DNA of 57,139 nt, counting the filler, from Sphacelaria rigidula (Eukaryota): NCBI GenBank assembly GCA_964200075.2. It is 8 parts of 8 records of this genome, joined end to end, with 100 filler letters (N's around TTAATTAATTAA, not from the genome) between each part and the next. Parts side by side here need not be neighbours in the genome. Positions count along the whole stretch, not along the records: positions 1 to 7,056 come from CAXNAA020016727.1; positions 7,157 to 14,211 come from CAXNAA020016728.1; 6 more parts are not named here. One strand, 5' to 3'. Made by a program: the position numbers and the translations under genes. Of the stretch, positions 1 to 10,819 are shown piece after piece. The notes beneath the pieces were generated by a model that made no database searches, had not been told where the DNA came from, and saw only the letters and a program-made list of their open reading frames with translations. Numbering within the stretch: position 1 is the first letter of the stretch; every line of letters starts with the position of its first letter.

Positions 1-310
1 CAACTACCTATATACCGCTTCTTCATCCCCGCCCACTACATACATGTTGACTGCACACTGCAAGTCATAGGCAGAGGGATAAGCAGAAGTCATGACAGTA
101 GCTCCTCTTGTCTTTCCATAGCCCACCTGGTGTTAAGGCGTGGTGAAAATGACCACATGGTAGCATGTACACTCCTTCCCGGCTTTTCCGGTCGACCCTG
201 TGTTATTGTAAATTACTACGTTTTAGTATGGAATTGAGACCCAAAAAACCCACCGGAAAAGTCGGGAACGGTATACTGACTGCAAGTCATATCATATAAC
301 GTTAGGCCAA

Positions 311-766
311 CTAATGCTAGCCGTTCAAAATTCCGGTCGAAAACTGTCTCTTGGGCCCTTCTCCGTCGATTTACGCTCGAAAAGAGGGCTTGGCGGGCGC
401 TGACGCCTTGGAATGACTTGCTCTACTGGTTGAGACGATTCTGGGGCAACTCTGCATTTCCCGCTGGCGTCTCTTTTATTCTTGACCAAATCAGCCCAGA
501 CACGAATTTTCAGTAAAAACCGGTCAGGTCATCAGAATTTTCCCCAGTGTTTTGATCGCTTGACCGTTTTTCATTGAAAATCCGTGTTCGGCCAAAAATA
601 AAAGTGCGGCCAGTGGGAAATGCGAAGTTGTCCTGGAACGGTCTCAATGAGTAGAGCAATTCATTCCAAGGCGTCAGTACCCGCCTAGCCCTCTTTTCAG
701 GCGAGAAACGACGGAGAAGGGCCAAGGAGGCAGTTTTGAACCGGAATTTTGAACGGCGCCCATTAG
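311..766. mobile_element. Fold-back MITE with ~170-bp imperfect terminal inverted repeats
   Basis: gccgttcaaaattccggt...ttttattcttgacc (320-487) is the reverse complement of ggccaaaaataaaag...accggaattttgaacggc (590-757). A diverged single arm recurs at ~8660-8786. Confidence 0.8.
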
Positions 767-1537
767 AGTCGGTCTTACGAATGAAGATCTGCCGTCTGTT
801 TTCAGAAAATCCGGTAGGAAGCCGAGATAACGGAACCTGAGCCACATTCGACTGCTCTTATGCTTGAGTTTTTCGCGTCTTGTCCATAAACGCAGCGTAT
901 CCTTGAGAGAGCCACAATCGGTCGGCGGACGTAGCTGTCTTCCAGATAGGAGAGTAGCGATTTAGGACGCAATGGACAAGTGAGATGATGGCTGTTCTAT
1001 TTTAGGGGTACCACCAGCTCGCTTCGTCGTTCTGTGTTTGGGAAGCAATCCACCATTGAACATGTGCTGCAAGTGATAACTCTCAATTGCCTGACTTTGA
1101 AATCCTACGTTTTTTTATGGGTTTTTCATAAAAAGTGCAACTGATCATTTTTGTAGCGTAGACTATGATTGTGATTATAATTCTGGCATGGGTATGTATC
1201 GATGTCCTGCATGTTTGAAAGAGCCCTTACCTCCCACCCAACAGTTAAATGATGCGAGAAGCCTCGGTGGTTCAGTTGTACAACTGACACGTTTAGGTTG
1301 GAAGAAACGCGGGTTTAAATCCCCCCTCCCCAGGTGCTGTGTTTGAATGGTGAGACACCCATGAGGTGGTGTAAAAGTCGTGGCTGTCTCAAGTGACAAC
1401 ACCAGAAAATGAAGCAACTTATGGTAGGCTCTGTCATCCTTTTGCAAGATGAATCAAAAGGCTTCGGGCCGACCAATCTCAGCAGGATGCAGCTCTTCAT
1501 GCGACTCGCCGAACACACCACGGCGGTTCGCGCTTGG

Positions 1538-1650
1538 TGATTGAATGCGGGCCTGGTCCGGCGAAAACCCGGTGTGCTCCGTCCCGGCTTTGTAGGGATG
1601 CGAGGCCAATGGTCTGATGACTATGGCATGCATGATCATGAGTACACCCC
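1538..1650. repeat. Dispersed repeat ending catgcatgatcatgagtacacccc (probable DNA transposon end)
   Basis: Homologous copies at 28622-28737 (same orientation) and 49961-49985 (reverse complement), both at contig ends. Confidence 0.75.
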
Positions 1651-2393
1651 GAGATGTGTCTACTGTGGCCTTTTTGTCGTAACATGTGATTTCTGTCGCT
1701 GAAAGCTCGAGGACGTACATGAGTATCTAAAATAGTTTGTTCCAATGGCTTTGTCTGACGAGAGTCGACGCTGTGCGGGAGAGTGCTGATAGTCATGATC
1801 CAGTCCGCAATTATACCGGGGAATATATGAGGTGAATTGACGCCTAGAGACCACGGACTCGTCCCAAGTAGGGGAAGAGAATTAAAGTGAGACAAAAAAC
1901 GGGGGGCGGGCATCGTGCGGCGTTTTCACCACCCTTCTGGACGCTTTCGAAGAGGGGGGTGAATTTTTGCAGGCATGTCAGCTCACACATTCATCTACAC
2001 AACAGTAGCTGACGCGCCCCAGTTATCTAAATTATAATGATGCAGCGCATCCTACAAACGATCAGGGCGGGGTTGAAGGTTTGGGTCCTGGCAAGTACTT
2101 ATTTTTTTTTTCTGAGCAGCGTCTAATCCCCGTGGTAAAAATGTGAAGACGCACGTGAGAAACAAGACGAGTTGACTTCACAAGATTTGACGCTGTGCGA
2201 TAGTGCTAATGGTCATGATCCAATCCGCGATCCCACCAGGCCAGGCGTGTACTGGGGGAGAAATGGATGTGTCTAACCCCCTGAGACTAGGCGCTTGTCC
2301 CGATAAAGGGCGGGGATGAGAGATATGACGCGTAGAACAAACACACGCAGTTTGCTTCACATCCACCTACCACCTCTCCTCTCCACTCCACTC

Positions 2394-2425
2394 CCCTTCC
2401 CTTCCCTTCCCTTCCCTTCCCTTCC
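2394..2425. repeat. (CCCTT)n microsatellite
   Basis: Direct read. Confidence 0.9.
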
Positions 2426-2494
2426 TCAACTAATTGGTTGTTGTGATTCTCTCTCCTTTTTTTTGGTGGGGACGTTTGTGTCGTGTCTTAACAG

Positions 2495-2695
2495 GGCATC
2501 GTGCCGCACTTCATCACGTGCAACGCCTTCATAGGTCGATCGTATGCGCACGTCCTGTACGGCTTCCTGCGAGACTGCGTGAGGGGGAAGAACGGCATGG
2601 CGCTGGACCCGACCGAACCGTTTTACGTAATCGAGCTAGGCACCGGTTCTGGGAAGTTCAGCTTCTTCATGCTGAAGGCCCTTCTCGAAATGAAA
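2495..2695 (+). CDS. Internal exon of MidA/NDUFAF7-like (Methyltransf_28-type) SAM-dependent methyltransferase
   Basis: ttaacag|GGC...AAA|gtacg, 201 nt, phase 0. GIVPHFITCNAFIGRSYA...FYVIELGTGSGKFSF contains SAM motif I (ELGxGxG). Confidence 0.88.
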
Positions 2696-3057
2696 GTACG
2701 CGGAACAAAACGTATATATGCTGTACACGTGTAGTGCAGTTCTATGTCGCGAAAACCTTTGCTAGCATTAGCATTACTTTTTAAAACCTGTGGGATGATG
2801 CTGTCTGCACAAGTAGCAGATACCATCGGCGTGGTCGTTATGATTTTTCCCAGGTAACTGCATGCCGTCTGCTCGCGTGTGTTGGGGTACGCCAGAGACT
2901 TGTAATTCGAGTATCCTCTGGATGCTAGGGATAGGGATGACTGAAGGACGTCGTGATCAGTCTCATGAGTGAAGATGATTTTCGTTCGATGTGCGTGCAG
3001 TATGGATGTGCTGCATGTACCCCTGCACATGTTCCCGCCTCTTGCTTGTGTTTTTCA

Positions 3058-3237
3058 TGTGCTGTGCTGTGCTGTGCTGTGCTGTGCTGTGCTGTGCTGT
3101 GCTGTGCTGTGCTGTGCTGTGCTGTGCTGTGCTGTGCTGTGCTGTGCTGTGCTGTGCTGTGCTGTGCTTTGCTGTGCTGTAATGGCGCTGTAATGGCGCT
3201 GCACTGCACTGCACTGCACTGCACTGCACTGCACTGC
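3058..3237. repeat. (TGTGC)n followed by (GCACT)n pentanucleotide microsatellites (intronic)
   Basis: Direct read. Explains the CCAVL/HSTAQ spurious ORFs. Confidence 0.95.
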
Positions 3238-3378
3238 CATTAATGCATTGCCTGTCCTCTGCCTATACTGCATTGTACGGCCTGTACTGCCTGTACTGAG
3301 CACCTGTCGCGTGCACCCGCCGTACTCCATGCATACATACACTGCAATGGAAACCCTCGTTGTTTTACTGTGGAACAG

Positions 3379-3465
3379 GACGTTAGCGACTTTCCAGCGG
3401 AAAAAATAGTGTACGTGATGACGGATTTTACAGAGAGCAACTTCAACTTCTGGGCAGAGCACCCG
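3379..3465 (+). CDS. Next exon of the same methyltransferase
   Basis: gaacag|GAC...CCG|gtgagc, 87 nt, phase 0. DVSDFPAEKIVYVMTDFTESNFNFWAEHP (YVMTD, strand beta2 acidic residue). Confidence 0.85.
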
Positions 3466-5880
3466 GTGAGCGGGAAAGATGGCAGCCGTAAAAAAACAGG
3501 GAGCAGACTAGCTACGTGTGTCATGTTTGTTGGGTTGGGTGTTGTTGTGGTGGGTCGAATTTTCGATTCTCACCTCTTGAGGTTCGAAGGTTGGAATACT
3601 GCTTTGAACTGTTATATGTTACCGATAATCGAGGGTTTAGTCGTGCTTCTTGCTTCGAGTGATTGTCGCACTTTACGTGACCCCCCAGGTAGTCATGATC
3701 CAGCCGTGGTCTCATGATGGACGTACCCAACAAAAACAAAACTGAAACGCCAGCTGAAGAAGAGAAGGAACAGAAAAAATAAAGGAGAATAAAAAGAGAT
3801 GCTGCGCCTAGAGAAGTGAAATGCGAAAGGAAAGAGATTACATTCATCACACGATCATGTTCTTCAAGATACAAGTATTCAAATCTTGGGTCTAGAAAAT
3901 TGGCGAGCGAATCACCGTGCATGACTCTTTCTTATTTTCTGACAAGACTACTTTTTTGCAAGGACTGATCTGTGTGATCTAATGACTTTCAGAGCGAGTG
4001 ACACAAGTAATGAGAGTTGCGGCAATGATTTTACGTCCTCAATGATGCAAGCATTTCCACTGTCTGTGCGACAGAAGTATGCAAAATACGTGAACCTAGA
4101 CAGGCCGAAACAGTCTCCCGAGGCTCCGTCACAACTTTTGCAAGCTACATGTATCATCGCAACATTCCAGTATTACAGGCATTTTGTTTTGTCATGTCCC
4201 ACTATATTTACTGCATTTCCGCAGCGAAACGCTGGCAAATGAACCTACTCTTGTTGCGACTACGAAACGTCGTATGATGTCATGAAATCTCATAGTAGTA
4301 CGGAGGGAATTTGAGTTCATTCAACGCGTGAATGCTGCACATTCCATCTGCCAACACTGAGTTGGCAAATCAACACAGTGCGCACGTACGAGCTGGGCCA
4401 GCCCAGGAGCGGATCTGTAGGCCGCAGGGCGATTTTCACCCCAAATCCGAGAGTTGGACTTTCAATTTTAATGTGGAGAATCGCTACGACATCGTCGGGC
4501 ATAAAATTAAATAAATCATGTTGGGACATTGAGTTTTTTCTTTCATGGCTAAAGAGCCAAAAACAATACCCGGTTTTTATCAAGAAGTCCCTAATTAACG
4601 AAAAAAAACTCCGTGTTCCAACATAATTGTATCATGCCGTAATTATTCTCCACACTAAATTTGAAAGTCCACCTGTCAAAACTGAGGTGAGAAATTCCAG
4701 ATTCACACCCTACTCCGGTCTAGAACCGGAACAGTATTTCGTTGGCCATGTATCGCCCCACTTTTGATACGTGTGCTTCGAATTTTTGTGTGGAGAATGC
4801 CCAGGGTATAGTAGACTGAAAAAAATGGGATATTTTTTCGCGGGAACGCCCTCAACTCGCGGTAATGAAATGAAGGTCCAGCTTTGTTTTGTTTTTATTA
4901 TGCCCTTGCGATTTTCCACACTAAATCTCAAGACGCAGGTAAGAAAACTGAGCTGAGAAACCGAGTCAAGGGCCAAGAATGATGACCATTTTTTGCGAAA
5001 CCCCCCCTAACTCATGGAGGAAAAATAATAAAGCCCTGAGCTTTTTGTTTTTATTTTGCCCTTGTGATACACCACACCAAATTTCGAAGCACAATTCACA
5101 AGATTGAGATAAGAACCTGAGCATTTAGTGCCTCTGCTCGTTATGTATCGTGTTCGATTCACAATATCATGTGCACCATCTCTCTTGAATAGATCACGAA
5201 TTTGGTGAAGGCGAGGGTATCGATCGTTTCCCCGTGCACCAGGGGATGTCCACAAACCAAAATTCATCATCCGCTGTTTACATCGCTCGGATTTTCATGT
5301 AGATTTGATCCAGTGTGGACTCTATCTCCGTGCGCGACAGGAGTAGCTCAAAATGGCGTTTAATCAAGGAGAAAAAGTTGGCCCAGGCTTTTTTAGCAGA
5401 TTGGCAGTTCCTTCATTTAACGATTAATAAGATGCGCGGATGACGCCCCAATTCGTCTGCGTTGATGAAATACGACGTGTGACAGTGGGAGCTTAAATAT
5501 ATTTTCAGGTTGGCGTATTATTAGTAATGGAATTTTTTCCCGGCTTTACTTCTGCAAGGACTATCGGTGAAGAAGAAACAATTCTAGACAAGATTTCCGG
5601 GGTGATGTGGACAGTTTCGAGTTGTTCTCCTGCCCGACCTGCTTCGACAATCTGCTCTTACAATTATCGGATTCCTCCATCCCCTCCCCCCCCAAAAAAA
5701 AATAGTGGGAGATTTCGTCTTGACAAGAAAGTCCCCTCAGTAGTATTCCTGAGCAAGCGGAGTGCCGTAGTGGTTGAGAGTGATCGATTGCCACGCCATG
5801 CCAATTTTATTTTACAAAAAATTGCACCTCTTCCGCCTTCCGTGCGCGGGATTTTGTATGGGTGTGTATGGGTGGTACAG

Positions 5881-6057
5881 GTGTTAAAACCTTATCTGGA
5901 CTCGGGGCAGCTGGATATGGCCATTTTTGACGCGGTGAATGACAGCACTATCAGGCTCAGCCGATCGGGTGTGGTACTGGGTCCCGGAACGTGTGTCAAC
6001 CCCGTCTGCATCGTGGCCAACTATTTGTTCGACACCCTGTGCCATGATATATTCCAG
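5881..6057 (+). CDS. Third visible exon of the same methyltransferase (gene incomplete at both ends)
   Basis: gtacag|GTG...CAG|gtcagt, 177 nt, phase 0. VLKPYLDSGQLDMAIFDA...CIVANYLFDTLCHD corresponds to the MidA ANE/HExFDALP motif. Confidence 0.88.
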
Positions 6058-6700
6058 GTCAGTTTTTGTTTTGTTTTTCAAAGTCGAAGTCTCGTCGCAT
6101 GTCGTGTGAGCTAGCTCTCCAACCCGTGTGTGTTTTGTCGATACCAACGGAAGAGTGGTAGTGGCGGTACTGGAAAGGCGAGTCTAAGTCTGTGGCCGTG
6201 GGTTCGAGAGATGTGGCTAATGTGCGAAAATATGATCAATGATGTGGGTAATATCCCTGTGCCATCGTTTGGTCCCGAGGGAACTTTTGAGATTTTTTGG
6301 CTGCGGTCTGATCCTTGCTGGCGGTGGCGGTAATGTTGGAGCATCTGATACCGTACTTGTCTATCTTATCGACGCGCGATGTTTGTGTAACCGCAAGACA
6401 GTTGGTGTGTAATAGTGCAATGGCCGAGAGATATTTTCGGTAGAGTTTGCCCCAGCTCGTATCCCGAAACCCGTGATTGAAACATGATTAATTTCAGTGT
6501 GACCACCGATATTCGCATCTTCACTGAGGTTGACAGTCCCGAGTGCTCCTTTTATTCAACTAATAGCGTGTGCGTGTTTTTTGTATTATTCTATCAGAAT
6601 CGGCGCCTTTGGCCCGTTGCGCCGATTCGAGGTCTGCTAAGGCACACTCTGCTTAGAGAACCGTTTGCACTCCCATTGCCCGAGGACCTCAAGATGCCTT

Positions 6701-6730
6701 GCGTTAGCGTTAGCGTTAGCGTTAGCGTTA
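6701..6730. repeat. (GCGTTA)5 hexamer repeat
   Basis: Direct read. Confidence 0.9.
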
Positions 6731-7056
6731 TCTCAAATGTGTGTCAACCATGGATTCGGGGATAGGAAATGCATGGGGGTAAACGCGCCTTGTTGTTCGG
6801 TTCTGTGCGCTCGTTTCCGATAAATTTCACCACCTTTGCTCATTCCTTTGTTCAACATTTACCGTGGTCGAACGTGCGTTGTGCGTACACGGCGTAACCC
6901 GAGAGGCTTAGTCAAGTCAAATCTTTTTTCAGGAAGCCCTGCTCGCTCTCTTCCGTTTCGATTTTCGTTGTGAAAGTAGCAAGGTTCCACGGTTAGGACA
7001 AATAATGATTCGTCAGGAAATTACTTGGTTTTAGTATAATAAGTTGACTCGTGATG

Positions 7057-7156
7057 NNNNNNNNNNNNNNNNNNNNNNNNNNNNNNNNNNNNNNNNNNNN
7101 TTAATTAATTAANNNNNNNNNNNNNNNNNNNNNNNNNNNNNNNNNNNNNNNNNNNN
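7057..7156. other. Artificial contig-joining linker (N44-TTAATTAATTAA-N44). Identical linkers at 14212-14311, 21367-21466, 28522-28621, 35677-35776, 42832-42931, 49986-50085
   Basis: Seven identical 100-bp spacers with stops in all six frames. Intervening pieces are 7056, 7055 (x5) and 7054 (x2) bp, i.e. length-sorted unrelated contigs. Confidence 0.99.
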
Positions 7157-7212
7157 ATGAAAATCCCGCACCACTGCTTTATTGATCGAGAAGCGGTCGA
7201 ACGATACCGTCA

Positions 7213-7615
7213 TCAAGTACGAGGATTTCAGTCCGTCTACTGACGATTTTCTCCCGTGGGCTGATTTTTCGGACCTCAGTCCGTTAGGCAACGTTTTTCG
7301 GCTATAATAGCTGTGAGAATACCAGATGAATTCTCCGATTATCTGGAAGTCAGCGTTAGCTATGTCACTCTTCTGCTCAATCGGGACACTCCCGACTCTC
7401 CCCCCATTTAGGGCGCAGATCGGGGGGGACTCAGGAGTGGCCCAAGTTTGAGCAAAACGGTGACGTACCGAAAGTCAACGTCCAGGGAATCAGAGAATGG
7501 ATCTGGTTTCTCACTGCTAGTCAAAACAAAATCCCAACGGGCTGGGATCGGTCCAAAAAATCAATCCACGGGAGAAAACCGCCTGTAGATGGGCTGAAAC
7601 CCTCATATTTGTACA
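7213..7615. mobile_element. Fold-back MITE, family A
   Basis: Left arm gaggatttcagtccgtctac...ctcccccc is inverted relative to right arm gggggggactc...aaaccctcatatttgtac. Same family as 16275-16771. Confidence 0.8.
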
Positions 7616-7619
7616 AAAA

Positions 7620-8048
7620 ACAGCCGATCATCGAAACTGAGGATGGCTTTTCATTGAGGATGAGAACCCGGAGGATTCAAGTCTTCGTATCCACACCAAA
7701 TCTTCGAAATATGTTCCATTTCTTCACCTTCTGGTAGCTATTGACAACTGCTACACGCCCTACAAATTTGGATTTCGATAACCGAAATGTTGGGGTCCTA
7801 GATAGAGGAAAAAATGGGGAATTAGATGATCCGATCGGATCGCCGAAATTCCCCGAAATTGATTTTTCACCAGGGACTCCATCATTTCGGTTATGGAAAT
7901 CCAGATTTCGTATGACGTATGTACTTGTCAATAGCCAGGTGAAGGAATGGGATCATATTTCGAAGACTTGGTGTGGATACGAAGCTTTTTATCTTCCGGG
8001 TTCTCATCTTAATCAAAAGCCCCATCCTCAATTTCGATGATCGGCTGT
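7620..8048. mobile_element. Fold-back MITE, family B (almost fully palindromic)
   Basis: acagccgatcatcgaaactgaggatgg...ccatcctcaatttcgatgatcggctgt with centre gatccgatcggatc. Second copy at ~43030-43393. Confidence 0.85.
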
Positions 8049-8216
8049 TGTACACAGATGGACCCCCAAAAAGATGGTCCAGCGTATAATAATGTATGCG
8101 GCCGTACGAATAATACTTATCATCCTGGAGTAGTATTACGTGGTCTCCAAACGCACCAACCAAAAGACGCAAAAGCAACCCCATTTTTTGCACCACGGCT
8201 AGGCAGAAATGGTTAC

Positions 8217-8497
8217 AACACTATATTCGTGAGATTCAGAGTGTAGTTTCAGATTCAGAGTCAGGATTTCAAACGGAAAAACTGTTTTCTTTGTGGTCGA
8301 TTCTTATGCGAAACAGTTCGCGTCACTCACGAGCCAACATTGGAGGCTGTGAAAACACTCATGTTCATTACACGGATTGGTTGATTAGTGACGCGAACTG
8401 TTTCGGATAAGAATCGACCACAAAGAAAACAGTTCTTCCGTTTGAAATCCTGACTCTGAATCTGAAACTACACTCTGAATCTCACGATTATAGTGTT
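8217..8497. mobile_element. Young MITE with ~110-bp near-perfect TIRs
   Basis: aacactatattcgtgagattcagagtg...cactctgaatctcacgattatagtgtt, flanked by ttac on both sides. Confidence 0.88.
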
Positions 8498-10289
8498 TTA
8501 CATTGTATCCTCCACATAAACATCAAGTACTTTTTGACACAGATCAGCCTAAATCCTCCTCAGGCCGCTTTTTATAACAGACAAAAATAAAAATCTGGAA
8601 AGCATCGATTTCTCTGGACTTGACTGTTTTTTACAGTTGTTCTTGGAGAAAAATTCTTGTTTGGCCGAAATAAAAACTGCGGCCACCGGAAAACGGGAAG
8701 ATGTCTTGGAACCACCTCAACTAGTAGAGCAAGTCATTCCAAGTTGTCAAACTCCGCCTAGCTCTCTTTTTGGGCGTAAAACGACGTGAAAGCTCCAAAA
8801 CGTTACTTTTCCAGCTTTTTATTCTTGTCTGTTATAAGGAGCGGCCTCACTCGCTCACAACCCCCCTCCCCCCCCCCTTTTTGGTGGGTTTTCAAGATCG
8901 TTCTGGGAGACCTTTCCTACAACATTGAAGCCACCGTGGGTCACCACCACAACATACGACTTAACAACGGTGCATGCATGTTCATTGCGCAAGTTATACG
9001 GCAGCAATTACATCGTCGTCGGTAGGTGGTACACTCCGTAAGCTCCGAAATATTGCACGTATATGTACAAATTTACACATGCTGAAATTTCTGGGGGGGG
9101 GGTAAGGTCCGGGGTGAATTTTGGTTGGGGCTGCGGTCGTGCCTCCGCCGAGCCGTGCTCACGCATGAAGCGTTGTCAAGTTGACAGTAAACAATGGATA
9201 TTTATCGATTGTTCTCTATGCAATTGACCGGGTATCTTCCCCGACATGCTTGTAGCGGTTGCAGGAGGTACCGAGATATCTGCACATGAGCTGAGGTCCC
9301 CAATTATGGTCACTTATTTGGGAGGAGAATATGACGGTTCGCACGCAATGATGGGCACAGACGCGGAGCAGTTTCTGTCGCTTGAAAAAAGCGGGGCAAC
9401 TCGTCGAGGTAGTCGTTTCGTATGCGTTTATCGACCAGTACTGACTGCCGACTGCATGGGTACCTATCGTGTATCGAAAGGATACATGGACCATAAGAAA
9501 GGGGTGGGTGCCGCCAATGAAAGCATGCCAATTGTATTGCCACTTGTGCTGTATTGTGTACGAGTACATATCTTGTACGGGAAGTGGCTCTCTAGATACG
9601 CTCCGACCGTGCCGTTGTTCTGCATACTCCATGTATGCCGTTGTTCAGCATACTCCATGTATACTCCGGTATACTGCACACGTTTGCAGCTTTTGGTTGC
9701 AGCTGCACTTGTGTTTGGATACACCATCACGCATTCAGTCGCTTGTACTTATCTAAAGCGACAGCCAGTGGGGTATGAGACTACTGCTGTCACTCTACAG
9801 CAGGCGCAGTAAAGTCGCCTACGTGATACGTGTACGACTACATACCGGTACCGGTGTTACCATCAGGACAGGACACAAAAGATAGTCCGCGTGGAATGGT
9901 ACGCGGTGCGAGTAACCTACAGGCGGACACGAACCCACTGAACTGAACGCTGAACGCGACCACACATCCGCGCGCAAAACTCGCAGGCATGATCAGACAT
10001 AGTTGATGGTGCGACACATGCGCAATTCCTGTTGCATATGTACTGCACGCACCTAATAGGCGTTGCGCTGGTGTACTGCGTGCATGATGTTGGTGCATGG
10101 CATGATGATGCGAGCATGTATGTTATCGCCGAACGACTATGGCCGTTCCATGTACAGTGAATGTATTGCTCCGTAAACACAACCAGGATCATAAACAGCA
10201 TTCGGCCAGACAGAGCGTATGTTTTCTTCGTCCTTGGACCGGAGACAAGCTGGCTGATCATGCCTCCCCCCCACCTCGCCCCCCCGCGG

Positions 10290-10561
10290 GTGCAATGAAA
10301 CATAGGGAGCATACCAAGTAAGAGATTGCCCGCCATAGTTGGTAACAAAAGGGCGGGCGGGAATAAGGTGGGATAGCGTCATCAAGAAAGTATGAAAGGC
10401 TATAGGAGAAAACCAAGACGAGTTAATGTCCATAGGTGAATGTGCGGGGTACAAGACGAAGTAAGAGACATGATGCCGGGGGAAACAAGCGCTAAGACGG
10501 AAAAAACACGAGGAAGAGCACCTGAAGGTATACGCGGGGTTGAGAGAGGGGATAGGGAGGA
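10290..10561 (+). mobile_element. Degenerate LINE fragment (region C-terminal to RT)
   Basis: Across frameshifts reads KRLPAIV..KGRAGIRWDSVIKKV*KAIGENQDELMSIG...EEEHLKVYAGLREGIG, which I recall from brown-algal non-LTR ORFs (not database-checked). Confidence 0.6.
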
Positions 10562-10819
10562 TGTCATAAGGCTAGGAGACGTTTATGATCAAATCCGGGA
10601 TCTTATAGTTGAGGGTCTGACCAAGCTTGACTAGATCAGATGTGAGTTCGATAAATGGGAATATACAATGTTTCTAGCTGTTGTCCTGACTTACTTGCGA
10701 ACGTGGAGCTGAGCAAAAGCAACAACTATGGTCAGGTGAGCGACGTGAAAGAGCATTGAACAGAGCGATAACGAATACAAGTAAACAAGAGTCTTCGAGA
10801 TTAAGTGGATATCAACCTG

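Noticed and set aside
2925..3462. Cys-rich CCAVL and HSTAQ repeat ORFs
   Set aside because: Translations of an intronic (TGTGC)n microsatellite
9609..9662. Two tandem copies of a 26-bp unit that could suggest CRISPR repeats
   Set aside because: No spacers, only two copies, eukaryotic context, no cas genes
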